DNA from: Chiloscyllium plagiosum | Lineage: Eukaryota | Assembly: GCF_004010195.1 (NCBI RefSeq) | Contig: NC_057751.1 | Coordinates: forward strand, 14,809,561-14,873,560 | Reading direction: 5' to 3' | Length of the DNA: 64,000 nt | Part shown: piece after piece, positions 13,243 through 25,095 of the stretch | How the letters are laid out: each line of letters begins with the position of its first letter | Position numbering within the stretch: position 1 is the stretch's first letter | Notes under the pieces: model-generated | Seen by the model: only the letters and a program-made list of their open reading frames with translations | Told to the model about the DNA's origin: nothing | Databases searched by the model: none | Translations under genes and position numbers: made by a program

Positions 13243-13475
13243 CCAATTTAGCGTGGTCAATCTACCTAACCTGCACATTGCTGGGGACAACCGGGTAATT
13301 TAGCGTGGTCAATGTCCCTAACCTGCACATTGCTGGGCACGATGGGGAAATTTAGCATGGTCAATGTCCCTAACCTGCACATTGCTGGGCACAACATGGT
13401 AATTTAACATGGTCAATGTACCTAACCTGCACATTGCTGGGCACAACCGGGTAATTTAACATGGTCAATCTACCT
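13243..13475 (-). repeat. ~52-53-bp minisatellite derived from the SINE internal segment, ~4.5 copies
   Basis: Unit ggtaatttagcgtggtcaatgtccctaacctgcacattgctgggcac... Confidence 0.85.
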
Positions 13476-13859
13476 CGCCCACATGTCATTCGACTGTGAA
13501 AGTACAACCTTGTAAATCACAAAACACTCTATTCGCAATGGCAAAGAAACAAACATCTTTTGTCATACCCAAAATATCGCTCGTAGAATATTCACCCCAG
13601 AAACTGTATAACTTATACCTAGCTTGGTTTGAGCTCCACATGACTTCAGCTTTTAGATGGCATGTCTCGATATCTTCTTCCTGCAGCAATCAAAGCCCTG
13701 AACTGAAACATGGTCAGCATTAAGTCGTTGTCCCTATAATTCTGATTAGGGACAAATACTAACTGTCACTGGAAAGTCACTATATAACCTTCCCTTCTCC
13801 GGAGCACTTTGCTGCACCACCATTCTGTTTGTTAAGTCCAAAATGAAACTAGAAGGCTG

Positions 13860-14617
13860 TCTCTGTGTGTCTCTCTCTCTTTCTCTCGCACACTCTCTCT
13901 CTTCCCCCCCCTTCCCCCTCCCCCTCTCTCNNNNNNNNNNNNNNNNNNNNNNNNNNNNNNNNNNNNNNNNNNNNNNNNNNNNNNNNNNNNNNNNNNNNNN
14001 NNNNNNNNNNNNNNNNNNNNNNNNNNNNNNNNNNNNNNNNNNNNNNNNNNNNNNNNNNNNNNNNNNNNNNNNNNNNNNNNNNNNNNNNNNNNNNNNNNNN
14101 NNNNNNNNNNNNNNNNNNNNNNNNNNNNNNNNNNNNNNNNNNNNNNNNNNNNNNNNNNNNNNNNNNNNNNNNNNNNNNNNNNNNNNNNNNNNNNNNNNNN
14201 NNNNNNNNNNNNNNNNNNNNNNNNNNNNNNNNNNNNNNNNNNNNNNNNNNNNNNNNNNNNNNNNNNNNNNNNNNNNNNNNNNNNNNNNNNNNNNNNNNNN
14301 NNNNNNNNNNNNNNNNNNNNNNNNNNNNNNNNNNNNNNNNNNNNNNNNNNNNNNNNNNNNNNNNNNNNNNNNNNNNNNNNNNNNNNNNNNNNNNNNNNNN
14401 NNNNNNNNNNNNNNNNNNNNNNNNNNNNNNNNNNNNNNNNNNNNNNNNNNNNNNNNNNNNNNNNNNNNNNNNNNNNNNNNNNNNNNNNNNNNNNNNNNNN
14501 NNNNNNNNNNNNNNNNNNNNNNNNNNNNNNNNNNNNNNNNNNNNNNNNNNNNNNNNNNNNNNNNNNNNNNNNNNNNNNNNNNNNNNNNNNNNNNNNNNNN
14601 NNNNNNNNNNNNNNNNA

Positions 14618-14657
<40 letters not shown>

Positions 14658-14680
14658 CGTGCTCTCTCTCTCTCACGCTC
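13860..14680. repeat. CT-rich simple repeat flanking an assembly gap
   Basis: (CT)n on both sides of the N-run 13931-14616. Confidence 0.8.
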
Positions 14681-15695
14681 TCCGTCTTCGGCTCCCTCTC
14701 AAGAGTTCCCAGTACTCTCGAGCAAACCTTGAGACCCCAGTGCACCCGTACTGACTCGAAAAACAATCCAAACAAAAGCCCACTTGCTGTACACAAAACT
14801 CTAAAGCCAGGCCTCAAGATAAGTCGTTCTGGAAAGCAATCACTGTGGCTCCAAGAATACTTATAATTTGTATGCACTGAAAAATCACCAGTCATTACTT
14901 GGATTAAAACCTTCTGTGGGTGTAAAGCCTGTAATTAAGGTTGTATCTTGGGCTCCCAACACAGCCACTGAAGTCTCATTGGGATGATCATGCTGAATTG
15001 TTTTTGATGCTGGTTTGTTTGTCGTCGTTAATTTAATTTCGGGTAGCACTGTGTATGTTGCTGAATGTGTGCTGCATTGTTGGTGGTACCAGGCTTGGGA
15101 TGAGCAGTTAAACTAAAGCCTGTTCTTCCAGTTCAACTGGACGGGTGAACCACAGACTCTCATTATCCCGAGAAGACACAAAGAATTCAGACGTGGTGGC
15201 ACTTATGTTTTGCAGTACGTTCGATCAGAAATTGTTGTAAATTCGAACTGTTCAGTGAGCCTTGTTGCTGTGCATGTGACAGCGACAATATTGATTCAGA
15301 TCAGCAGACACTCAAACTGTGGCAACAAATCTCCAAGCTGGTGTTCTGAGCCATCTGACACCAGCTCTCGGTTTCTAAATTGGTCTCTCACAAGGGCACT
15401 TGCGCTGTTTGCACAATGGGTGGAGACGGGCAGATACACAACAAGAGCATGTGCTTCACTCGTATCGGTTGCAGTCACCTTTTCTCGACCCATTTCCAAA
15501 GTCCTTAATCCAGCTCGGGGCTTTGTTGAGGTGTCGATCACCAAGCCTTCCAGCAGCGTTGGTTCCAAGACAGGGTGCTTCTCTCTCCTGTTGCGAAGCT
15601 TGTTTCGTTCAAGGCTGTACACTGAGATTGACTTTCTGCCCTTTTTTGTTTTCGACGTTTAGGAACCAAATCCTGAATGAGATGCGGTTCACATT

Positions 15696-16628
15696 ATCCC
15701 TGCAGTGTGGAAACAGGCCCTTCGGCCCAACAAGTCCACACCAACCCACCCAGACCCATTCCCCCTTACTCTACATTTATCTCTGACACATTCACCCAAC
15801 CTACATATCCCTGAGCACTATGGGGTGATTTCGCATGGCCAATCCACCCTAACCTGCACATCCCTGAACACTATGGGTAATTTAGCACGGCCAATCCACC
15901 CTAACCTGCACGTCCCTGAGCACTATGGGTAATTTAGCCTGGCCAATTCACCCTAACCTACACATCCCTGAGCACTATGGGTAATTTAGCCTGGCCAATT
16001 CACCCTAACCTACACATCCCTGAACACTATGGGTAATTCAGCATGGCCAATCTACCCTAACCTGCACATCCCTGAGCACTATGGGTAATTTATCACAGCC
16101 AATCCACCCTAACCTGCACATCCCTGAGCACTGTGGGTAATTTAGCCTGGCCAATTCACCCTAACCTACACATCCCTGAACACTATGGGGTGATTTAGCA
16201 TGGCCAATCCACCCTAAAATACACATCCCTGAGCACTATGGGGTAATTTAGCATGGCCAATCCACCCTAACCTGCACATCCCTGAACACTATGGGTAATT
16301 TAGCATGGCCAATCCACCCTAACCTGCACATCCCTGAACACTATGGGTAATTTAGCACAGCCAATCCACCCTAATCTACACATCCCTAAATACTATGGGT
16401 AATTTAGTACGGCCAATCCACCCTAACCTGCACATCCCTGAGCACTGTGGGTAATTTAGCACGGCCAATTCACCCGAACCTGCACATCTTTGGATTGTGT
16501 GTGGAAACCCACGCAGACACAGGGAGAATGTGCAAACTCCACACAGACAGTCGCCCGAGGCTGGAATCGAACCTGGGTCCCTGGTGCTGTGAGGCAGCAG
16601 TGCTAACCACTGAGCCACCGTGCTGCCC
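15696..16628 (-). mobile_element. HE1-type V-SINE with an internally amplified 52-bp unit (~13 copies)
   Basis: Tail at 15696-15790, array at ~15818-16487 (ctatgggtaatttagcatggccaatccaccctaacctgcacatccctgagca), V domain and head at 16490-16628. Confidence 0.9.
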
Positions 16629-17027
16629 ACAGTGGTTGGTTATTTAACTGCGAGTTTCCCAGGGGCTGAGCCGGTTGTGTCTGACCTGGACTCGGTTTAT
16701 CGACCTGACTCAGGTCAGAAAGGTGTCATCAGCCTCACCGTTCATGAGATGGGAATGGGCGGAGGAAGGGAGAGGGAAGAACGGGGCAATGGCTCAGCGT
16801 TCCCAATCCTGGTAGTTATCCGTGATTCCCCAGAGGCCCTCATCGGGCCCGGAGCAGCAACCATTTCTCATGTTAACGTGTGGGTGCTATTGGTGCATTT
16901 GAGTCGCTCATTCTTTTCAAAGGCATCTCGGCCTTGAGATCTTCCTGTTGCTCGGTGTTGCTGCTGGCTCCCTTGTTTTTAATTGTGCAAACTCGGGTGG
17001 CAATCATGTCTGTGCTTGACCTTTCAG

Positions 17028-17097
17028 TGGGCCACGTTGCGAATAGAAAGGGGAGCCCGGGAGAGGAAGCAGCTGATCTACAAAACCAACTCGAACG
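17028..17097 (+). CDS. GPAT4: GPAT4 coding exon 2 (WATLRIERGARERKQLIYKTNSN)
   Basis: ctttcag| acceptor, |gtaagt donor; 70 nt; matches GPAT4 WATLRMERGAKE. Confidence 0.96.
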
Positions 17098-17654
17098 GTA
17101 AGTGCCGACTGATGAGAGTGCAGCCTTCCTTGCTACTTTGGTGTTGGGGCTGTGGTTGTCCCCACCTCCTTAACCTGAATTGCCTGTGAAATGAGGTGGC
17201 TTGTCAGGCCTTAGCACGGGGCAGTAAGCCCTCAGCCACATGGCTGTGCTCTGCAGCCACTGTCGGTCAGACTGGGCAAGGACGGCAGATTTCCTTCCCT
17301 AAGGGTGTTCGTGAAAATGGAAGTGGTCCCATCAGTGCTGGCTTTCAATTGCGGATTGTGTTATTGAATTTCAGTTGGTGTGCGATGCCCACCCCCACCC
17401 AGGTCTCAAGATTCCTCATCCCGAAATAGTGCCACTCGACACCACCCCATCTCTCTGATCACTCGGTACCAGGCTCACCACTGACGCAAGCTTCAGAGTT
17501 TGCGATGGGCTGCTGCAGAGTATCTCTGAAGTGCACCACCCTGTCGGGGAGTTATTTGTCCCATTCAACAGGCACAAGGTTTAGGAATAGTCAACAACAG
17601 CAAGGACCACAGTCAGCCCCGGTAAATCTCACAATTCAGTTCTCAAGTCGGAGC

Positions 17655-18410
17655 ACAACAGAGGCAGACCAAACCTGTCCATGCCAACCTGATGTCCTAA
17701 ATTAATCTAGTCCCACCTACCAGCACCCGGCCCATATCCCTCCAAACCCTTCCTATTCATATCCCCATCCAGATGCCTTTTAAATGTTGTAATTGTACCA
17801 GCCTCCACCATTTCCTGTGGCAGCTCATTCCATGCACACCTCACCTCTGCATGAAACAGTTGCCCCTTTTGGCGGCCCGGTGGCACAGTGGTTAGCACTG
17901 CTGCCTCACAGCGCCAGAGACCCGGGTTCAATTCCCGCCTCAGGCGACCGACTGTGTGGAGTTTGCACGTTCTCCCCGTGTCTGTGTGGGTTTCCTCCGG
18001 GTGCTCCGGTTTCCTCCCACAGTCCAAAGATGTGCAGGTTAGGGTCAACTGGCCAAGTTAAATTGCCCGTAGTGTTAGGTGAAGGGGTAAATGTAGGGGA
18101 ATGGGTCTGGGTGGGTAGCGGGTCGGTGTGGACTTGTTGGGCTGAAGGGCCTGTTTCCACACTGTAAGTAATCTAATCTAATCTAATCTTTTGTCCCTTG
18201 TAAGTCCTTCCCCTCTCATCCTGAACCTATGCCCCCTCGTTTGGAACTCCCCCACCCCAGGTATAGACCTTGTCCCGTCACACTATAGATGCCCCAGTCT
18301 GTTCAGCCTCTCCCTGCAGCTCAAACCCTCCAACTCTGGCAACATCCTTGTAACTCTTTCCTGAACCCTTCCAAGCTTCACAACATCCTTCCTATAGCAG
18401 GGAGACCAGA
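17655..18410 (-). mobile_element. CR1/HER1 3' end interrupted by a SINE
   Basis: CR1 3' sequence continues across the SINE at 17871-18188. Confidence 0.85.
17871..18188 (+). mobile_element. Full-length HE1-type V-SINE
   Basis: A/B-box-like head ggtggcacagtggtt..gggttcaattccc, V domain, (taatc)4 tail; ctttt at both flanks. Confidence 0.92.
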
Positions 18411-18597
18411 AGGCCGAGAGAGATCGAGGCGTGAAGAAAGAAGGCTGACTTCTTGAGAAAGTGATTTTCTTTTTGACTTCAGCTTTACTTGGCGACAGTC
18501 AGCATATAGGGTGTGCCAGGTATTCTGCGCCGCCGCCCTATCCTTTCAGCGGAGATGACGGTGGGCCAAATGTAATGTCTGTGTCTTTGCTGTGCAG

Positions 18598-18895
18598 GTA
18601 TCATCATGAAGGAGCCCACTTCCCTGGAGGAGGAGATCACGCTGATGCGGCAGAACGGAGACAGCACGGCCCCGGACAGCCGGGAGTTTGAAATGTCCGA
18701 TATCTTCTACTTCTGCAGGAAGGGCGTGGAGACCATTGTGGATGACGAAGTGACGAAGCGATTCTCGGCCGAGGAGTTGGAATCGTGGAACTTAATGACC
18801 AGGACGAACAATAATTTTCAGTACATCAGCCTTCGTCTGACCATCCTCTGGGGGCTGGGTGTCTTTATACGGTACTGCTTTCTGCTCCCACTGAG
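18598..18895 (+). CDS. GPAT4: GPAT4 coding exon 3 (GIIMKEPTSLEEEI...YCFLLPLR)
   Basis: tgtgcag| acceptor, |gtatgc donor; 298 nt; contains DIFYFCRKG, DDEVTKRFSAEELESWNL. Confidence 0.97.
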
Positions 18896-18916
18896 GTATG
18901 CATCTGAGTTGGCACG

Positions 18917-19772
18917 TGTTATAGACCAGGCCAGACCCCTCACCCCCCCCTCAAAATAGATTGCCGAGACCCTGACCTTTCCTTATTTTAAAGGCAGCTG
19001 TGAAGGGGATATTCCAGGTGCGGTGCAGCTGGTCAAACCACTCAGCTCTTAGCAAAGCAGAATTTATTTAGACACTATAGTTGATTCACGAAAAATAGAA
19101 AATGTACAACTTAACTATTGGAAAACTTAACTGACTCAAAACAGCCACTTAACTGAGGAGCTGTTCCAATTCCTGTCACATCCCGTAAACGCACCCCTTG
19201 CCAAAAGGTAAATTCAAACACTGGTTCTTAGAGGCAGGGGAGATTTTAGATTAGATTAGATTCCCTACAGTATGGAAACAGGCCCTTCGGCCCAACAAGT
19301 CCACACCGACCCTCTGAAGAGTAACCCACCCAGACCCATTCCCCTGCCCTACATATATACTAACGTGCCTACCGCTCTGGGTAATTTAACATGGCCAATC
19401 CACCCTGACCTATGGATTGTGAGAGGAAACCAGAGCACCCGGAGGAACCCCCCCGCAGACGCTGGGAGAATGTACAAACTCCACGCAGACAGTTGCCTGA
19501 GGCGGGAACCGAACCCCCAGGCCCCTGGCGCTGGGAGGCAGCAGTGCTAACCACTGAGCCACCATTTCAGAGAGACAAGTCAGCCAGGGATCATGGAATC
19601 TTTTCTCTGCAGCAGCTTCTGCCCCAACTAAAACGAGAAGGAAACCTCAACTGGCCCATTCCCCTGCCATTGTTAAAGTAACTGTTTCCAGACATTTCAG
19701 CACCTCTGCTTTTACAACCTCCCTTGGGGAAAAAAAAACTCAAGCTTGTTAGAGGGGCAGCATTGTCGCTCA
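18917..19772 (-). mobile_element. Probable solo LTR, interrupted by a SINE
   Basis: Starts TGTTATAGACCAGGCCAGA, resembling the reverse complement of the LTR end at 58357 (TGTTGTGGACTAGGCCAGA); right boundary uncertain. Confidence 0.5.
19247..19565 (-). mobile_element. HE1-type V-SINE
   Basis: (agatt)n tail, V domain and head on the minus strand. Confidence 0.9.
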
Positions 19773-22273
19773 CGTGCTGGGACTGGTGAGGGTCAGCTGT
19801 CACCTCTCACTGTTCCTGCTTTCTTCAGGCTTGGCGGTCCATTGTAGACTGTTCCAGAGTTTGTGCTCGGGCAGGAAGTGCTGGTGGCTGTGATGTCATT
19901 TCCCGGTGAGTGAGAAACCCAAAAAGGCTGCTGAAACGCCGACCGGGTGCTCAGGGTAAGGTCGGCAAGCGTTCCACGCAGCAGCAACCACTGAGCCTTT
20001 TGGTCCCATGGGTCAGTGCTTCAGCAGAGGGCAAAGGGACCCTGAGCCAGTGCTCCCCAAACTGGTGCCCAAGTTGAAGCACGTGGTGGCCGAGTGAAAG
20101 TCTGGTGGCTCTGGGAGTTGTTGAGTTGGCGGTGAGGTTTAGGTAAGGTCTGTCCTTACTGCCTGACCCAGGGAGGCGAGGCCGTGCAGGAATTGATGGC
20201 TTGCGCTGCCCAGTGAGCCACAGCTTGGTGAGCCCTGGGCTTGTGCGCCAAGAAGAGCCTTGGGTTGCAGCACATTCGGATTGTCCAGATCGACTTGTTC
20301 ACCTCAACATTTGAAACATTTCCCAGAAATGCAGCAGACCTCAGCACTTCGTGGACTTCACTCTGTTGAGTGAAAAGAGCAAACGGTGGGATTGGGTAAC
20401 CTTGCTTGACACACTGACACTCGACGCATTACTGCAAGGATTGACTGACTGAAGCGTTTAATGTGAGCCAAACTGCATCAGTTGGGGAAAAATGGGACTG
20501 AGGTGCTGTTTTTTAAGAAAAAAAAGAATTGACCAAAAAGGAAGAATTTAGAGGGGGAATATTTGTGGACACGTGGTTTGTAGATAGGGAAGTGCGTAAG
20601 ATTGTGCAGAGAGTCGAGGTTTCCGCTCGGCATCTGAGTCGAGCTCAAAGTGGATGCGGGAGGGGTGGCCGAGAGCAGAGGTGAGGGAGGAATGGGTCAG
20701 GTTTCTCGGCGCACTGGGGCTGAGGCATGCTGAGTCCCCGGACAGTATTCCAGCGGGAGGAAGGGGCAGACGGTGAGGATTTGGTGTTCAAAACACAGCT
20801 TGGGTTGAAGAAAACGGCAAGATTACAATTGTTTCCTGCTGACTTGTCACTGTGGGTCTCTCAGACACACATGGGCTTTTTCGGCATTTCTGGCTGATGG
20901 GCTGAAGTCGAAAAGGAGGGAATTGTTGCTGAGGTTATACAAGACATGGGTGAGATCAGGTCAGGAGGATTGCACAGTTTCTCAAGTCCCCTGACTTGAG
21001 GAAGGGCGGAATTGCACTGGAGGCTTGGAACGCTGACTGGATTCGCTTGAGAGGTGACAGGTTTGTCTCGCAAGGCAAGATGGTGCAGTTGGGGCCACTG
21101 CTCGCGAGAAGGATGAAAGGAGATCGAATTGACATCTCCAAGATGTGAAAGAGAATTGAGAACGTGGTTGTTGAGAGGATGTTTCCTTGTGTGGGGAAAT
21201 CCAGAATGAGACATCATTGTTGGATGATGAGGGGCATGGGGTAACAGATTTAACACAGAAAATGAGGTGGGGGGGGGGCCTTTTCTCAAAGGGGTCTGTA
21301 AGTGCCGGGACATGGGATGAAGTCAAGGAGGAAATGGATGTTAAGTCAATCATATGTTGCAGGGTGATAAAGAGCGAGCAGGAAAGTCGAGTTGAGGCTG
21401 TCGTGAGATCCGCCACGTTGGTATTAAATGGGCAGTGCAGGCCTGAGGGGCTGAATGGCCTACTCCAGCTGTTCAAGTTTGCACTACCTTGGCGACCTGG
21501 ACCTGGCACACAACAGAGCTTTGGGTGCAAGGACTGGATAGTTTGTTTGTCCTGTGTGGGCTCTTCCGTCTCAACATCAGCAAATTGCAGTTGACAGAAA
21601 CGGCAAATGAACTGGAGTGTGTTGGACGTTCAGTCACGGGCCAGTCTGCCGCTAAAAGCAGGGGAACACAATACCTGGGATTTTGATCTCTGCAGCCAGA
21701 TGGAGGTGTAGTCTGCGCTCCTGTTATTTATTGGTATGGTGTCAGTTCACAGCGGGTTAACTCTCCAGTGGACCACCATTGGGAAATGCAGGCAGGTTAC
21801 AGTGCACAAGGGAGCTCTCGCTCCCTGTTCTTGCTTTTCACCTGCTGCACAAACAGTCTTATCAGCTTTCCCGACCTTATTTCCACATTCCTTCAACCCC
21901 ATTATCTTTGCCTGATTGCTCAGTGTAAACTGCACTGTTTGACATACGTCTACTTGAGCCGCCATCCCTGGTCATGAATTCTGGACCCTGACAGCACAGA
22001 ATAGAGTCATTCCTGCTGTCCTCTGTTTCAAATCTTTTCCATTTCTCGCCCTTGCCCACAGCGGTCAGCTCTGGACCCTTGAGTCCTCCCTCTGAAGTCA
22101 GTGGACGGAGAGGATGTCGGGGATTGTCTGGTTTTGCTCCAGCCTGTGGCGTTTGCTTTCCTGTCTCGTTGTGAGACGGTTTCAACACGAGCAGCTATTT
22201 CCCCGAAGTTCAGTGAACTCAGAAATCCCCTGACAGTTAACTGGTCCTCAATCACAGACACTGATTACAGCTT

Positions 22274-22735
22274 AGTCATAGAGGTGTACAGCGCGGAAAC
22301 AGACCCTTCGGTCCAACCTGTCCTTGCCGACCCAGATATCCCAACCCAATCTCGTCCCACCTGCCAGCACCCGGCCCATATCCCTCCAAACCCTTCCTAT
22401 TCATATACCCATCCAGATGCCTCTTAAATGTTGCAATTGTACCAGCCTCCACCATATCCTCTGGCAGCTCATTCCATACACACACCACCCTCTGCATGAA
22501 AAGTTGCCCCTTAGGTCTCTTTTATATCTTTCCCCCCTCTCCCTAAACCCTATGCCCCTCTAGTTCTGGACTCCCCGACCCCAGGGAAAAGACTTTGCCT
22601 ATTTACCCTATCCATACCCCTCATAATTTTGTAAACCTCTGTAAGGAAAGACAAAACCTCAGCCTCTGATGCTCCAGGGAAAACAGCCCCAGCCTGTTCA
22701 GCCTCTCCCTATAGCTCAAAGCCTCCAACCCTGGC
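22274..22735 (-). mobile_element. Young CR1/HER1 3' end
   Basis: Nearly identical to the copies at 33901 and 63760; VWNELPEDMVEAGTIATFKRHLDGYM. Confidence 0.88.
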
Positions 22736-23859
22736 TTGTGCGAGCCGATTGAGGTGCTGAGCATTTAACCTTTAAGGTGATGACAAAATGATGAATCTAG
22801 GACATTGGATGATTAACTGTTGTTGCTGTGACATGACAGTCAGGAGCCAGTGCTGTCGGCTGCCTTTTTGTATCGGCTGGCCTTTGAAGCTCAATTCGGT
22901 CCCTTCCTTCGGTGGTCCTGATGCTTTACAGAGGAGACACAGGCAGTCATAGCTCGCTAGCGAATCACTGACTGACTGTTCTTGGCCAGCCGATGAGTTA
23001 CCCTGCGAGAGCTAGGAGGCCTCTCGCGTTCAGTTGCGGGCTGAACTATCTGGCTATGAACAGCCCACCCTTGCCGGAAAGTAGAGTCAGACAGTTAGTG
23101 CCGTCCTGAAGGAGGTGGTTCGGCCCATCGAGTCTGTGCCGGTTGTCTCACCTATCCAGTCTGTCCCGTCTCCCCCACCATGGTACGTTCCAGCGATAGT
23201 GTCCTCCAGGTGTTTGTCCATTGCCCGTCTGAAGGCTCTTGTTGGTTTTGTACCCGCCGGCCTGTCCGGCAGTGCATTCCCGATCTGAAGAACTCACCGT
23301 GGCGGCCTGTTGTCCCAGTTATATTTTTCTCCGTGCCCTCTGCCTGTCGACACGACTACCATTGGAAGTGGACTCACTGTGTTGTCTCTGTCAAAACCCA
23401 TCGCGTCGTCAAACAGCTCCCCACGTCCTGGAGCTCGGATCTTTTCAGTCTCCCCTCCTGAGCTTTTGCATCCTTCCCCAGTTAAGGTGTTGCCATTTGG
23501 ATGCTATACACCCCCAGACACTGTTGTTTGTAGCTGCAAAGTGGGAGCCAAACTGAATTGGCACCCAATGAGAGTTAAATGGCAATATGACTTGATATGG
23601 GATGATACTGCAACAGGAAACGGATGTGTGTCTGAGGTCCATCGGAGCCACTGTAGGGGGAGCTGTCCATTCCCTGTACTGTGCAACTGACCTTGGGGCG
23701 AAATTCCGGAGTGGCAATAGCTTTCATTGGGATAAGAGGAAACAGTTAACTTGGCACCATTTTTCAATCCACCACAAGGCTTTGTCTATCTGCTGACAAA
23801 TAGTTGACTCGAGTCAGGATGACAGCTCGGAAACTCAGGGGAAAGAAGCTCTCTTCATG

Positions 23860-23990
23860 TACAGTCATACAGCATGGAAACAGACCCTTTGGCCCAACTC
23901 ATCTGCACCGGCCAGGTTTCCCAGATTAAACTAGTCCCATATCTCTCAAAACCTTTCCTGTTCCTGTACCTGTCCAAATGTCGTTTGTCA
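23860..23990 (-). mobile_element. Short CR1 3' tail
   Basis: agtcatacagcatggaaacagacccttt terminus. Confidence 0.7.
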
Positions 23991-24130
23991 CATTCTGGGG
24001 TGAGTGAAGGGTGCTGAAGGCAAGGTTGTTTCTTCAGGGTGCAGTTGGGTACTGTATAGAGAAACACCTTTGTGGATGTTTGCGAGTTGCGTCGAATCTC
24101 ATCGTGTGACGTGTGCGGTTTCTGTTTCAG

Positions 24131-24205
24131 GGTCACCCTGGCGATTACTGGCATCAGCTTGTTGGTGATTGGAACGACCATGGTGGGATATTTGCCAAAC
24201 GGCTG
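24131..24205 (+). CDS. GPAT4: GPAT4 coding exon 4 (VTLAITGISLLVIGTTMVGYLPNG)
   Basis: tttcag| acceptor, |gtgagt donor; 75 nt; hydrophobic segment matching GPAT4. Confidence 0.96.
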
Positions 24206-24809
24206 GTGAGTTTCTGAACACGTCTGTCGGTGTCTCCTGACCGTATCCGCCCGCTCACTAAACATTGACGGCCCGCGTTGCGCTCCGATGCCCCATACAC
24301 TGGCCGAGGTGGTCAGTCTTCACACAGGAGCTGGAGAATCGGTCTGCTGAGCCTATCCTTGATTGGTGCCCAGATAAAACGTATCGCCACTTGGTTCAGC
24401 TCTGTCCGAACCCACTGCCTTTCCCCAGTCATTCCAGCACAGTCACTGAGCCATGGTACTGAGGACATCTGACTCAACCGATCGGCTTGCTGAACCCTGA
24501 GTCTGATTCCCGTTTAGCCTGTTTACTGGATTTAGTTTGCACTTAACCTTTCCTGAGGGTTTAACTTGCTGGTGTGTTTGTGGTTTGAAGCATTAACTGA
24601 GAAGGTTGATGAGGGTCGTGCTGTGGATGTGGTGTACGTGGACTTAGAGAGGGCACTCCATGAAGTGGACTTGGGAGGAGACATTAACAGGCGAGAGGAA
24701 GGTTTGAAGTGGTTTTCTTCAGGCATTGGTTTCCCTGAATTACATCAGCGATGTAGAGCTTGATGGGGCCAGTTTGAAAGTGTGCGGAAATCCAAACTTT
24801 GACAGAGAC

Positions 24810-25095
24810 CAGAAAAATCTGCAGATGCTGGAATCTAAAGTGGACACCACAGCCAGCCAGGCAGCGCCAGGAGGTGGAGAAGTTGATGTTTCAGGTGTAA
24901 CCTTCCTTCAGGTTGGCTTCGGCGGGGGGGAGCTGCAGATATAGAGGGGTGGGAGGCCAGGGGCAGAAGGGTGAGGTAGGGATAGGTGGTAGCTCTGGGA
25001 AGGTTGTCGGAAATTGGAGAACTCAACATTGCGTTCGAGACTGTAGGCTGCCCAGACGCAAGCTGAGGTGTTGTTCCTCCAGTTTGCAGTTTGAA
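24810..25095 (-). mobile_element. Penelope-like element 3' fragment
   Basis: End of the GIY-YIG ORF (KLEEQHL-like) plus a terminal repeat similar to 47405-47560; sits within CR1 debris (24570-24670, 25140-25720). Confidence 0.7.

Noticed and set aside
13843..14895. Long ORFs containing X runs (also at 26.5-27.3, 29.4-29.8, 36.3-37.5, 47.6-48.5 and 56.2-56.9 kb)
   Set aside because: Artefacts of translating N-gaps
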